The translations under genes and the position numbers were made by a program. From the human T2T-CHM13v2.0 reference genome, Homo sapiens: 64,000 nt of DNA. The notes under the pieces were generated by a model. It was given only the letters and a program-made list of their open reading frames with translations, did no database searches and was not told the DNA's origin. Shown here piece after piece: positions 31,711 through 49,527 of the stretch (within the stretch, counting starts at the first letter, position 1; every line of letters begins with the position of its first letter). Location: assembly GCF_009914755.1 (NCBI RefSeq), contig NC_060926.1. One strand, given 5' to 3'.

Positions 31711-32102
31711 CAATTTTTTTTTCAACTTTTATCTTAAAGGGGTACATGTTCAGCTTTGTTAGCTGGGTATATTTTGTGATGCTGAGGTTTGGAGTACAAA
31801 TGATCATGTCACCTGGGTACTGAGTGTACCCAGTAGTTCGTTTTTCATCCCTTGCCTCACTCCTGACTTCTTCCTCTGGTAATGTTCAGTGTCTATTTTT
31901 GCCATCATTATGTCCATAAATATACACTATTTAGCTCCCACTTTTTATAAGTGAGAATATGCAGTATATGGTTTTCTCTTCCTGTGTTAGTTTACATGGG
32001 ATAATGTCATTCAGTTGCATCCATGTTCCTGCAAAGGACACTATTTTATTCTTTTTCTATGGCTGCATAGTATTCCATAGTGTATATACACCACATTATC
32101 TT
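31711..32102 (-). mobile_element. L1PA15/16-like 3' end
   Basis: GGTACATG...TGTGATGCTGAGGTTTGG...TTTAGCTCCCACT...ATAAGTGAGAATATGCAGTA. Confidence 0.85.
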
Positions 32103-32969
32103 GCCATGGCCTGCTGTATAAAATTACTGTCAAAATAAGAGAGTCCATACATGATGAAAATAATAAAATGTCCAACATAGTGTATTCACATAAAAATAAC
32201 TTACGAATAAATATTAGCTATCAACGTTTTTGGCTATCTTACATGTCCCCCATACTGTCATGCAACTAGCTCCAGAACACTGTTCATTAATTGAATGGAT
32301 TGCTACTGGGTGCATATCTCCCTCTCAATTCAAAATCCAGCTGGTGTCCTTATTTCTATTTCTTCCCCTATCTCTCTTTATTCATTCCTAGCCATTGTAT
32401 ACATATTCTCTACCGACATTTGCATTTCAATAGACTCTAATATAGGCCTCTTCTCCACCCAGATTACTGTTTTTCTGTTACTACACACAAATAATACATT
32501 TTAGCTGTCTTCTGACTCCACTACCCTTACTTCATTCAAACTATTTTTCACACTCTGATATAGCCTTCTCCTTGAAAAGAACTCTCCTTTTTTTTTGGTC
32601 TCTTTACTCCCTTCTTACTTTGAAGATTTATGCCCTGTACCTGGTCATTACAAATACTGGCATTTTAAGTCTTATGCCTAGATCCACTTTGATCTATTTT
32701 CTCTTTCTAGCCAATAATAATTTTTGTTGGGTGAATCAATGTGTGAATAAGCATGTAAATGCCACTTAGTTCCATATCTTCTAGGTAATGAGTCAATACA
32801 ATTTTCCTTAGAAGCTTTCCACTTATAAATATATTTGTTCCTTCTTTGGTAAAGTTTTTGTTGTTTTGTCTTACTTCATACTGAGGATGTGGTGTGAAAT
32901 ATTGCCTACAGGTGCTTATCATCCACAAACTTCTAATGAAACCCGCATAATAGTTCAATCGTTTTAATA

Positions 32970-33170
32970 TTGACAATAACTTCGCTAAGCACTTTATATG
33001 TTTCTCATTTAATTATCACCACAACGTGCTAGTTGTGTATTAACAACCCCAACTTGAAGATGAAGACACACCTTCCAGAAGTTTAGCAGCTGCACCAACT
33101 GAACACATCTAGTTAATGTTGAAACCAGAATTAATATAATGTTAGTGACGCTCTAAGCCACTGCTCTTTC
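32970..33170 (-). mobile_element. MIR
   Basis: CTAAGCACTTTATATG...TCATTTAATTATCACCACAAC...GATGAAGACAC. Confidence 0.6.
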
Positions 33171-34114
33171 CAGTGTTTCAATTTTCCTCTCATAAAATCA
33201 GATCAGTCACATTTGTGCCTATATATAAAAACTGACTTTGAGAAAAAAGATGATTAAATCAAAGATCTGAATCTTTTCAAAACAAAAATGAGTAACGAGA
33301 TGTTGCAAAGCATGGTTATGTGTGTCAGTGTAATGTCAATTCGCCTGAAATTGACAGACCTAGTCTAAGAAACCATGAGAAATTGACAAATGGTAAGAGG
33401 GTAATTTCGAAAATAAAAATTCTCTCTAATAGCTAATAATATTATTAAAAATTGCTGCATCACACTAAAGCACTTTAAACTATATTAAATCAGAATATGA
33501 AATTTAAGGTATGCAGTAATCTGTATTAAAAATATCTATGGGTGATTTGGGAATTAAAAAATATATACTGAAGACTCCCTTCAGAAATACTCTACAAAAG
33601 CTTAGTGACAGTAAATGTATCAATGTAGAGCTAATGAATAGAAGGCATATTACTTGATTAAGAAAACTAAGATCATAGCAACAAAATGCTTATTTTTATT
33701 AGTCTGCATATAATGGGCATATTCAAAAATGCCTTTTGCAAGTGGTAAAATTATTTAAAGTTTCTTATATTCTTTCAATTTGCATACGCAGTTGTTTGTA
33801 GGCAAAAAGGCAGTCTTGCTTCCATTGATAGAGACAGAAATTGAGTTTGTATTCTTTTCAAACTTGATAGTATTTAAAGAGCTTTGCACACAAATAATTT
33901 AGATTATGATATTTCCTCTGTTCTGTGTAACAGTTCTACCTTCTGTTCTGTACACATAGATATTCAAAGGACTATACCAAAAAAGGATCTTCTAAATGAG
34001 TTCAAATAAAGTGAATTTGGTTGGATTAGAAAGCAGTGCTTTCATGAAACACTTAGATGAAGTCTGGAATGGCGGCACTTGATAATTTAACTTTTGTCTT
34101 AGTTCTCATCTCAC

Positions 34115-34184
34115 CTAGATTCTTCAATAACGAAGGAGCATATTTTCAAGGTTTGTTTGTAGCTCATACAATAGTCAGGTAGTT
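34115..34184 (-). other. Candidate 70-nt exon (unverified)
   Basis: Minus-strand acceptor CCTATTTTTTTTTAG and donor TAG/GTGAGA; open frame ELPDYCMSYKQTLKICSFVIEES. Confidence 0.2.
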
Positions 34185-34277
34185 CTAAAAAAAAATAGGT
34201 ATTTATGGTGCGGTGAGGCTGGGCCATCAGAATAGCAGGATCAGTGCGCAGTTGGTCCTGAGATACAAAATTTATTG

Positions 34278-34632
34278 CAGGTTGAGTTATAATACAAATA
34301 TTTGAAATCCAAAATGCTCCCAAATCTAAAACTATTTGAGTGCTGAGATGATGCCACAGGTGGAAAATTCCACACCTGACCTCATGTGCTGGGTTGCAGT
34401 CAAAACAGTCAAAATTTTGTTTCATAAACAAAATTATTTAAAATATTATATAAAATTACCTCCAGGCTATGTGTTTAAGGTATATATGAAACATAAATAA
34501 ATTTTGTGTTTAGAGATGGGTTTCATTGCCAAGATATCTCATTATGTATATGCAAATATACCAAAATTCAAAAAATCCGAAATCCAGAACATTTCTGGTC
34601 TCAAGTATTTTGGATAGGGAATATTTAACTTG
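34278..34632. mobile_element. Tigger4/MER46 (Zombi) MITE
   Basis: TIRs CAGGTTGAGT...AGGGAATATTTAACTTG followed by TA; internal GGAAAATTCCACACCTGACCTCATG. Confidence 0.85.
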
Positions 34633-34915
34633 TAGTTCTAATTCTCTGATAAAAGGTTACAGTCATCCTTGCTTAAATAATGATCCCAAACAGAGTTCAG
34701 GCAAAAAAAAACAGTAACAGAAAGTGGAAAATGGATAACAGTTAGAAAATAGTAGGCTTTAGAGTATTACATAGTCCTTTTCATAGGATTGGCTTGAGTT
34801 TGGGAAAACTATGTAGCATCACTGAGATATAAAACAATGTTACCGTAACCATTTGTAAGTAAGATAAGAAATTGTGGGTTGATTTGCACATGGGAATAGT
34901 AAAATGGTAAAGTGA

Positions 34916-35375
<460 letters not shown>

Positions 35376-35855
35376 GTGTTTTGTTTTTTTTTTTTTTCCC
35401 ACATAAAGTCTCCTAAATACCTACCCAAACTTAAAGTGTTAGAATTTATGTGGAAAGAATTTCAAAACTGTATTTTAAAGAGCCCTCCAGTTAATGCTGA
35501 CATGTGATCACCCAGGAACCCCTAAACTTAATCTGAATGGCTGTTATGCTCTTGACAAGTTTCTGTAAAACAGAAAGGAATGTCTTCATCCCTCTTTCAA
35601 CTTTTCTAACTAGTGAACTACAAAGTTATATTTATTATTTAATAATCATAACCACAACAACAGCCTAACCAATTTTAAGCACCTTCCAAACAGGCCTATG
35701 GAAATTACTTTCCATGTGCTACTTAATTCTATTCACACAATTATGAAAAAGATAGGTACTATTGTTTTTCTACTTTATATAAAAAAAAATTCAAGAGATC
35801 AAGTACCTGCCCAACGTAAAACCTGATACATTTTAGATCTTTGATTCATTGTGTA

Positions 35856-36202
35856 ATGTGGCAGACACGGAGATGCCCTCCCCAGATCCCTCTTCATAGA
35901 AAGATTTGTTGCCCCAAGTGCTGAGAGTGTGGTCAGCAGACACCTTCCAGCTGACAGCTTCTTCACAGTTTGTCTTAGGTAACAGAGCTGCCTTGTCCAA
36001 GGAAACACTCATTCTGGAGCTGCCCACATCCAGTGACTAATTAAGGCAAGTGTAAAGTGTACAAGGAACAGGCTATCCCAGCAACGACGGGACAATTTTG
36101 ACAGGTCAAATATGCTCCTGCTAAACTGTTTATCTCTAATAAATACCATGCATGCTAATTTTCATTTCAGCATCTGCTTTGGGGTTGACAATCTGCAATA
36201 CC
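35856..36202 (+). mobile_element. LTR16-family (ERVL) LTR
   Basis: GCAGACAC...CCCCAGATCCC start; AATAAATACCATGCATGCTAAT...CAGCATCTGCTTT end. Confidence 0.65.
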
Positions 36203-36284
36203 AGGCAGATTGGATTTTTGAATCCATTGTTTCAAGCCACCGTATTTCTCTTACTCTTTTTCCTTCATTCTTTTCTATTTTCCA

Positions 36285-36720
36285 TTGCAGGATGTTGTAC
36301 ATTATTGGGAAATAAACTCTGAGATACAGATTTGTGTGTAGAGTATTTACGGGAATGTACTCTCAAAATCAACACCTATTTCCTCAAGAGGAAACAGGAT
36401 TGGGTAGAGGGCATAATAAATTGCTACACAGTCACAAGAAGGATTTTAAGTTATTTTACAGAGCTCTGGAGCTGAACTGACCATTCAGACTTTCTGCAAT
36501 GAGGCAAAAGGGCCAGGCTATTACGTTCCAGAATTATGATCAGTTGCAAGCTGTGCCTAGGAAAGGAGTGTAATAAGTAGCTCACCAGTTGAGGGTAATT
36601 TTTAGAGAAGGGGTAAGCTGAGAGCTGAAAATAATCAATAATGCCAGCTGCTGGGGGAATGCAAGTAATGCAGTGCTGTAAATGAGGAGTTTCTGGGTAG
36701 TCTGCCAAAAGCATCTGCTA
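36285..36720 (-). mobile_element. LTR16C-like LTR
   Basis: GGGAAATAAACTCTGAGATACAGATTTGTGTG...GAGCTCTGGAGCTG...GCAGTGCTG...AGCATCTGCTA. Confidence 0.65.
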
Positions 36721-38787
36721 TGATCCAGCCCTCACTCCATTTGGGTCCACAGTCTTATTTGATGTATTTTAGGAACTTTTACTTCAGGAACCTTCTTGAC
36801 TTCCTTTCACAGGAACACAAAAGGAAGATTAGTAAGTAATTGATAACCCCTTCTGACTGCAACATATATATATATGCAATATATATATATATTATTTTCT
36901 ATTTTGTCTGAAGGTGAGAAGCGCAGTTTCAGAGCTTTTGTCTTTGGATGATACTAAATATGTCCTTTTTTTCTTCCAATTTTTTATTACCCTCACCATC
37001 AACTAGACACTCTAATGAGGAGACCCAGAACCCCAGCAACTGGGAGTCTAAGCCCCTGGTCACCACACTTTCTCAGGCCATGGCTGCTAAATTAGTCAAT
37101 TTATCCTTGAAACTGGCAAGAGAGTATCAAGACACACCAAAGTGTATTATTTGGGTGCCAAACATGCTCTTCCCTGCATACACCAGGTAACAACAGTTCT
37201 ACCTCCTCCTGATTATCAAAATAATTATACCTACAGAATGGTGATCCCTATCCTTGTTAATAGTCTCTAGACTATCCATATGAGGAGCCCAACATTACAA
37301 AGTGCAAGCTATGTCTTAAGAATAAATGGGATTCTCCTTTTGGAAGAAATTTCTTTCTGGAAACTAGGACCCCTGTAAGCTCACAGAGCTTGGAGTTGTG
37401 GGAGGCGAAAGCACAAATTCCCCAAGCAGGTCACTGGACATGGTCGTAAGCAGAGCCACTTCTATTTCACTCTCTGATCCTTTGACCAATTTATTTTGCC
37501 TATTAAGGACAAAGTATCAAATAATAATTATTGACCTAGGATATCCACTGAGTCCTGGAGGTTGGTACCTCATCTATGCAAGGTATCATCTCCAAGTTGC
37601 ATATCTCAGTTGGGTTGTCAGCTCCTGAATAGCATATTATGTCATAAGACCAGTAGATCCTACAGTCATGAGTCTACTTTCATACTTGCTGTAAAGAGGA
37701 GCCCTTGTTTCAGTGCAGTATCATTCAGGCTCTTGTGTTAATGGCTCAAATATCTGTCAGCCTTTAGATATCAGTGCTGAATGAAGCCATGCAAATAGGA
37801 AGGAAAAACTTATTGTTAGAATATGTGCTGAAGGGTTGAGATAAAGCATTGTCTCTTGAAGGGTAAAATAAATCTAATGTAATCAACTTGATTTCAAATA
37901 ACTGGTACCTGATGTCCTGGAGGAATCTCTGATGTTTGTGGAGGTGGCATTAGCAATAGCTAGAATAGCCTTGGTGAATAAAAGCTGTGGCTGCGTAACA
38001 TCCATTCCTACCACCATGTTCTCTTTCTTCATGCACCTGTTTTTTTTTTTTTTTTTTTTTTTTTTAATTACTGACAGGGCTAATGACAGAGGTTAGTGGA
38101 CATCAACTGGCAGTTATTTTTTTTTAACTTGGTTATTTAGACTCTCATTTGTAGGTTTTATTTTTTTTGTGTGTGTGTGTTTTATAAATCCCCATAGGTT
38201 CACCCAACTACAAGCCTTTTTCTGAACGTAATTTCACTCTGATTTTTCAAGCTCTCTCTTTAGTTCCTTTCAGCACCATGACTAATGAGTAAGCCCATTC
38301 ACCACTACTTGTAATCCTGCATGTGTGTGTGTTTATGTGAGTATATACGTACATGCAGGCATACCTTGGAAATACCAGGGGTTTGGCTCCAGACCACCAT
38401 AATAAAGTGAATATTACAATAAACAAGTCATATAACTTTTTGGTTTCCCAGTATATAAAAGTTACGTTACACTATGCTGTAGTCTATTAAGTGGGCAATA
38501 GCATTATGTTGAAAAAGTACATAACTTAATGAAATATATTTTATTCCTAAAGAATGCAAAGAATCATCTGAGCCTTAAGGGACTTAAAATCTTTTTGCTA
38601 GTGGAGGGAGGGTCTTGCCTTAATGTTGATTGCTGCTGACTGAACAGGGTGGTGGTTGCTTAAGGTTGGGGTGGTTGTGGCAATTTTTTAAAATAAAACA
38701 ACAAAGTTTGCTGCACTAATTGACTCTTCATTTAATTAAAGATTTATCTTCCTTTCATTTGAATACTTAGAAGCCAAAATAGGGTTA

Positions 38788-42059
<3,272 letters not shown>

Positions 42060-42867
42060 GTTATTATCTGGCCTAATTTTAATATTGCTGATTCTGGGGA
42101 TAGAGAGGCTGTAGAAGAAGGAGAGAGATAGGGGAATGGCCAGTTTGTGGAGCAGTCAGAACACACACAACATTTATTGATTAAATTTGCTATCTTTTAT
42201 GGTCGTAGTTCGTGACACCCCAAAATAATTACAATAGTAACATCAAATATCACTGATCACAGATCACGATGACAGATATAATAATGAAAAAGTTCAAAAT
42301 ATTGTAAGAATTACCAAAATGTGACACAGAGACACAAAGAGAGGACATGCTGTTAGAAAAAAAATGGCACTGATAGACTTGCTCAACACAGGGTTTTCAC
42401 AATGTTCAATTTGTAAAAATTGAAATATCTAAGAAGTGCAATAAAACAAAGTACAATATAATGAAGTAGGCCTGGAAACATGTTTGTGTACACACACGTA
42501 CCTATACCCTTCAGGCTACTTCTTTTTATAGATAATGTGGCTGGCCAGGCACACAGACTAAATTCCTGCTGATTTACCCCTCATTGCTTTCTTTCTGTTA
42601 TCTCTGAGTGAGCCTTTAGTGCAGCTAAAAAGCACTTTTCACCTGAATCCAAAATTCAAGCTGACAATTCCATTAAACAAGCATATTTTCTCTTCTCCTT
42701 CAACTTGTAATGGTGATGGCTGCTGAAGCCATAGATGTAAACTGAGGAAGAGCTACTGGGGCAAAAGCTGTAGATGACGTGCAGGTCTGAGCCTCTAGTT
42801 GATGTGGTTTACTTGAGACCTCCCAAATGCTTGACTGCTTGACTGTGACACTAGATGAACTATTTTC

Positions 42868-42881
42868 TTTTTCTTTCTTTC

Positions 42882-42912
<31 letters not shown>

Positions 42913-43176
42913 AGATGGAGTCTCACTCTGTCACCCAGGCTGGAGGGTGGAGGGCAGTGGCACAATTTTGGCTCACTGCAATCCTGCAACCTCTGCCTCC
43001 TGAGTAGCTGGGATTACAGGCATGCATCACCATGCCTGGCTAATTTTTCTATTTTTAGTAGAGACGGGCTTTCACCATGTTGGCCAGGCCAGTCTTGAAC
43101 TCCTGACCTCAAGTGATCCTCCTACCTCAGCTTTCCAAAGTGCTGGGATTATAGGCATAAGACACTGTGCCTGGCC
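42868..43176 (-). mobile_element. AluS with internal deletion
   Basis: TSD TAGATGAACTATTTTC (42852-42867) / TAGAGGTACTATTTTC (43177-43192); lacks the segment between the two GCCTCC motifs. Confidence 0.9.
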
Positions 43177-44689
43177 TAGAGGTACTATTTTCATCTTAGC
43201 TCATGTCAGTATGCTCTAACAAAGACATCATATATATCATAGTAGGTGCAAATGGGACTGCTACTAGGATAGCTTTTCAAAAACCAACTGTCATCCTCCA
43301 TCATCATTTAATTTTTATAGGAGCTAGACTTGATATAAATGAAAATATTAGACACACTACACATGCATCTTTTATGTTATTAAAATCATCACTAACTTCT
43401 GCTATTCCACCTGGAGTGTTTTATACACATATGTATACAAGCACACACACACACACTTTAAAAAATATGCCATCTAGGCTAAGCTGTAGTCAATTTCAGA
43501 GGGAGGCTTCTATTTGAACTTACCCCCTATAATTGCACTATAATCACTCTTACCACACACCTTGCATCAGTCAGGACAATAGAAACAGAACTGATAACAA
43601 GATTATATTGTACATACATACACACATACAAAGCATATAGGTTCTGTATTCCTTTGATAATTCTAAATTTATTGAGTCTCAAATCCATTTTCATTTCTAT
43701 GATACCTAGAACAGAGGAAGGAAACAATTGCTATAAATAAAAAATATGTTTTCAATACCAAGTCATATCATATCTACACATTGACGTATTATCTTCAAGT
43801 CCTTAACCTGGCATCAAAAACACTCACTATTGGTTACGGTAAGATGTAATTATACCATAGGCCTTTGGAATGCTCAGAACACAGCTGATTTAATAATTTT
43901 TAAGACCTTTACTTTGAAATGAAAACTAAAAAAACTAGAGTTAATTAAGAGTATGTTGGCAAAAATGGTAAAAATTTAAATATTATAACCAGAGGAAAGC
44001 AACAGAGGTTCTTCAGCCTGAAAACATTACCCATTATTGGGCATGAGAGGGCATGAAAGAAAGATATATTGACATCTTTAAAGGGATTCCTTCACGTGTT
44101 GCTAAGAGAGTAAAAGAAGGCTCAGGTGAAAGCTATGAAGAGAAGACTTGAAATTTAGTAGGGGACAAATAATTGAGAAATAAGATTGTACATAAAATAG
44201 AATGGCTGGCTCGTGTCTCATTCCCTAGTTAATTTATTCTTTAAATATTTGTATTGACTGCATACTTTATACTAAGTCTTTGCTGGTAGATGGGATATCA
44301 AAATGAATCAAATGTGGCCAATTTCTGCTTTAGAGATGTCATAGTTTTGGGGAGAAGAAAAATTGTAGACAAATGACTGCAATCAAGTTCTATGTTTAAT
44401 GATGGAAAATATTGAGATAACAAAGTGGGCAAGGTGCATTACACTTGGGCAGGGGACATGAGGTAGGAGTGACACGCCCAATGAGAAAAAGTTTCAGAGG
44501 GTACAACATGTGCAAGTAAAGGCAAAATGATCACCCTTAACCTTTGCTATGGTGGAGATTCCTACATTAATAAAAGTTGGAATTATCCACTCTTGCCCAC
44601 CCTCTGCATTCTCCAAATCCTTTTCCTTTTCCTTGTAGATTTTGTTGCTAACTGAAATAATCTTGCCCATCTATTTGCTAATATCCTTA

Positions 44690-44800
44690 TTGTCTTTTCT
44701 TCATCATGCTGGAGTGGGAGAACAATGTTTACAATTCTATCCCCAGTGCGTAGGTCTCTGCCTGGCACAGTACAGGTGCTCAATAAATGTCTTTTAAGTG
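44690..44800 (+). mobile_element. L2 3' end
   Basis: TATCCCCAGTGC...TGCCTGGCACAGTACAGGTGCTCAATAAATGT. Confidence 0.7.
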
Positions 44801-47138
44801 AAAGGAGAAAAATCAACCTAGATTTATCTATGACTCTAGTATCTTATAATTCTAGGTTCCTGTGAATAACATGCATCTATAAATGTTCTTATACTTCACG
44901 TAGCACTACTCAGGGTGGCAAACATAAAAATCTCATTTTGAATAACAGTCACACCTGGCTGTCATTTTACACTGAAATGCTCCATGTGCTTTAATTCAAT
45001 GGCAATTAGACTTAAAGCTTGACTATATTGATTGAAGGGCAACAAACTACAGCTTGTTGGTCATAGTTGTTAAGTATTCAAGCCAAGTACTTGTGATTAA
45101 TTGGCAAACAGCAGCATGTGGGCCTATATGTCCCCAGGCTCAGCTACATAGACATGAATGCAGATTTTTACAGGGAGGCCAGCTCTTCTCATCCTTTTGA
45201 CTCTCAATGCCTGGAATTTCATTTTCATACCAAGAGGATTTGCTTGAATTACTGAGCACCAAATTAGGTCTTTTAAAAGTCTCAAATAACAGATCTTTCA
45301 AGCTAAACTACCCAAAGGTATCAAACTATGCAAGTCAATCAATAAGCGACTTGTGGATGTGGGAAAACTGTGGTTATGCTGTAGGTACCAAGTGTAATAT
45401 ATGCTTTCCTGAATTATCCAGCAGATTTAGAAGAATCCCTGAAGTCGGTTTATCATTTTCATTTTTTTCTTGTTTTTTTAAATTTTCTTTTCTTTTCAAA
45501 ATGTAATGGAGGAGAGGAGGGCTATAGGAGGTTTTGATATATACTTATGTTGTCGGTCTGTCTTGTGTGTCTTAATTTACAATATTAAACTATAGGACCT
45601 TAAAAATTAGTATTTTCAAGCATATAACATACGCCATGTGACCTCTAGCTCAGTTTTATGCTGCTAATTATTTGGCTCCCAGAAGCAGCAGGAAACTGTC
45701 CAAAAAATGAGGCTGATTCCCAAGGAGGGAGCACTGAAAAATTACCCACACAGTAGGAGGCACAATCCATTGTTATTCTATCACTGATGTAGGAGGGGAA
45801 AATACCCGACAGAAATTAAATGCAAATATTCCCCCTTTCTTTTTTGTCAAAAACGTTTGCTCAGGGCCAGAAATATCTCAACATAGGTACCAGTATGTGC
45901 TTGACCCATCAGGGTTCATTTCACGATCTGTTGTACTATTTCTGTGATCTTGGTCTCTCATCCTGCAACTAAGAATGAGTTATGGCTTTCCTCTTCTATA
46001 ATTTTTATAATTATTTTTTGTGGACATCATCTTACAAGGTGACAAAACACTCCTGGGGATCTCCGTTTGTCTATTCACATACTGCTTGACTCAACCAAAA
46101 ATTCATGGCTTTTCAGTGTGGTGGTAGTTCAATTCTTATCTTTTTGTTGTGTTTCAGATAAATATATAAGATCTATATGTTCTTATTTGGCAAGAGGCTC
46201 AGGAATAAGAATTTTAACTATTCATATATTTTTAGTATGTATTTTTGACAGCACGTTTTAATAAACACAATGGGCTTTAATGTCCCAAAGAGTCTGGGTT
46301 TAATTTCTAACTCTATCTTTTACTAAAAGTACAATCTTTGGTGATTTACTTAACCATTTGAGATACATTTTATAAATTACAATATTGCAAAGAAACCATG
46401 AGATGCACAAAACTGAATGAGGTATGGTCCTTGTTTTCAAATGGTCCGTGATGCAATGAAAGAAAAAGACACAAAAAATAGATTATTTCAATTGAATAAA
46501 ATTCTAAGATATGTGTAGGTGTTAGGATAATTCAGGAAAGCATACAGAGGAGGGAAAGAAATTATCCTAAGTAAGATACTTTTACATAAGTGCAGTTCTT
46601 AAATCATAGAATAATAATGAACTAGCCATAATTTATCTACATGTATTTCATTCGAATCATATCCAGCATTCAAACCCAAGATTAGAATATGCGTGTTTCT
46701 TCCTTCAAACTGCAGATCCAGTTCAAGCTTCACTATAAATTCTACCTGGCTACTTGTTTCTACATTGCTAACTCCTTTTTTTTCCCCCAAAGCTCTTAAC
46801 ACCATGGCTGCACTAGCTCACATTTTATTTCTTATTCCTAAGCCAAGCTTGAATTTATTTTAATTGCTTTATCTGTCTTGATTCCAAAGTGAGATTAAAA
46901 GTTTTCAGACATTATCAGTACACACGGACTCATTTTATGGCTTTTCACTGTTCCACATCTAATATACCTAGGACATTTGCAATATATAGTCAATAGATAC
47001 ACTTTAATGGGATTTCTTTTGTCTCTCATGGTTTTGTTTATGAGAGAGGTACTATAGGCTCCCAGTGAATGTTCTTGACTCAATTACTTAGTCTCCTATA
47101 TTCTTGAGGGCTTTCTTTCACTGGTAATATCCAAGTGA

Positions 47139-47544
<406 letters not shown>

Positions 47545-47713
47545 AAATTATATTATTTCTTACTATAAAGTGTATGATTGAGGACTGCAGAGAAATGTTC
47601 TGGTGGACTCCCTATATTGTAATCACTTGAGAAAAAAGTTGTTGTAAAATATGAAATTATCATCACAGTCTTTTCTTTTTGAATGGAAGTATAAAATATG
47701 AAAAATGTGTGTA

Positions 47714-48012
47714 TTTTTTTTTTTTTTTTGAGACAGGGCTTTGCTCTGTTGCCCAGACTGGAGTTCAATGGCCCAACTACAGCTCATTGTAGCCTGGACT
47801 TCCTTTGTTCAAGCAATCCTCCTGCCTCAGCCTCCCAAGTAGCTGGAACTATAAGTGCACACCACCACGCCTGGTTAATTTTTGTATTTCTTTGTAGAGA
47901 CAGGGTCTCACTGTGTTGCCCAGACTGGTCTCAAACTCCTGGGTTCAAGCAGTCTTCCAACCTCAGGCTTTCCAAATGCTGGGATTACAGGTGTGGGCCA
48001 CCATGCTCAGCT
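47714..48012 (-). mobile_element. AluJ
   Basis: GAGACAGGG...CAAGCAATCCTCCTGCC...GAGACAGGGTCTCACTGTG. Confidence 0.92.
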
Positions 48013-48384
48013 TGCTCATATAAAGACTGTGTCACAAATATTTCTGGGGAATTTTTTCATGTATGTATAGGCTGTTTGGTATATTAAACATATTTTTAAA
48101 AATAAAAGGCAAAGAGTTTCAACATGCTAGCCATTTTTGAAGGCATGGATGGGTTTACATAGAGGTAGGACTTGTGTCTCTTATTTGCAAAATAAAGTAG
48201 GATTCTGCTAAGAGACATACTCAGTAAGTCAAGTAGGATTAATGTGAACAAAACCCTGTGAGCATGATGGATCAGGGCCTAATCTTGTTGAGTAGCTGTT
48301 ATTTATTAGCAACTGCTGGAATCCTTATAATCATTTTCTGACTTAGCTCTTAGAACTCTGAGGTGATTTATTATTTTTAGCCTC

Positions 48385-48790
48385 GTGTTCTAGTTATTTC
48401 TTGCTGAATAACGAGCTACCCCATTTTAATGGCATAAAGTAACCACATTATATGATGCTGTTTGTTCTGTGATCAGAAATTTAGACTGTAGATGTAGCTT
48501 GCCTCTCTTCCCATGCCTTAGTTAAGGTGACTCAAATGGTAGAGGGGAGAAAGCATCTGCATGCTTCTTCACTCAGGTATCAGGTATGTGTGGAGTGTCT
48601 TTATATGAGCAAGCTGAGTGTGGTGGCCCACACCTGCAATCCCAATGTCTGGGCTCACATTCAATGTCTGGGCTCAGCTGACTGACACTGCCAACAAAAT
48701 AGGTTGGCATTGCCCAAATAGGACATCTCCATGTAGCTTGGGCTTCTTGTAGCTTATAGAACAAAGCATAAGCTGTGTGAACTCCAGAAC
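48385..48790 (-). mobile_element. MLT1-family LTR fragment carrying a templated insertion
   Basis: CTAGTTATTTCTTGCTGAATAAC...TTCTTCACTCA...CTCCATGTAGCTTGGGCTTC. Confidence 0.7.
48597..48644. repeat. 48-bp inverted copy of 47980-48027
   Basis: 45 of 48 bases match the reverse complement of the AluJ 5' end plus 15 bp of its unique flank. Confidence 0.95.
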
Positions 48791-49527
48791 AAACACCTCC
48801 AAATTATAGGACAACTCTTAGCCCAGAACCACTCTTCAAAAATTTCCTTTCCTCCTATTATCACCATATGTAGTAGCATCGTAATGTTACATTTTTACAG
48901 ACCAGGAGACATTGTACTTCATGTATGTTTATATGTTTTGATATGTTTATGAAAACTTAAAAAAAAAACCCTAACATTGTGTCACAAGAAGGAAATGCAT
49001 TTTTTTCTCCGAGATGTTTTGAGTATTTTCCAGGATGAAAATGGTCTCTTTTTAAACACAGGAATCAAGAGATATTTTCTTTTTACACATATATAAAACA
49101 AAAATAATCCAACTCAATTGTTTAAAATCTCTGTTGAAATGTATACAGAGAGGAATCTTCTTTTGTTTTCTTTTTTTTTGTGGGTCTGCAAAACTGAGAG
49201 AGAAGAAAGGTGTCAAAATCAACTATCTGAACCTCTATTATTTTTTTAAAAGTGAAAACAGGGAGCAATGCCTGTGACAAAAGTAACCCCAAGGATCTGG
49301 ACTTCCACAAAAACATTGACAAGAAAGACAGAATCAACTTTGTCAGAATTCAGGAAAAGAGTCAAATATTTGCAGCAACAAGCAAACATTGAATCAAGAA
49401 AAGAGCAACTTAAAAATAATTTGTACTTGCCCTTTTCCCACCCCATTTTCAGCATGGTGGCAATATTGAAGATGTCAGTCTGCATCCCCAGTGTTGCATA
49501 CTGGTCCCTGGTTCCAGATAGAGACAC

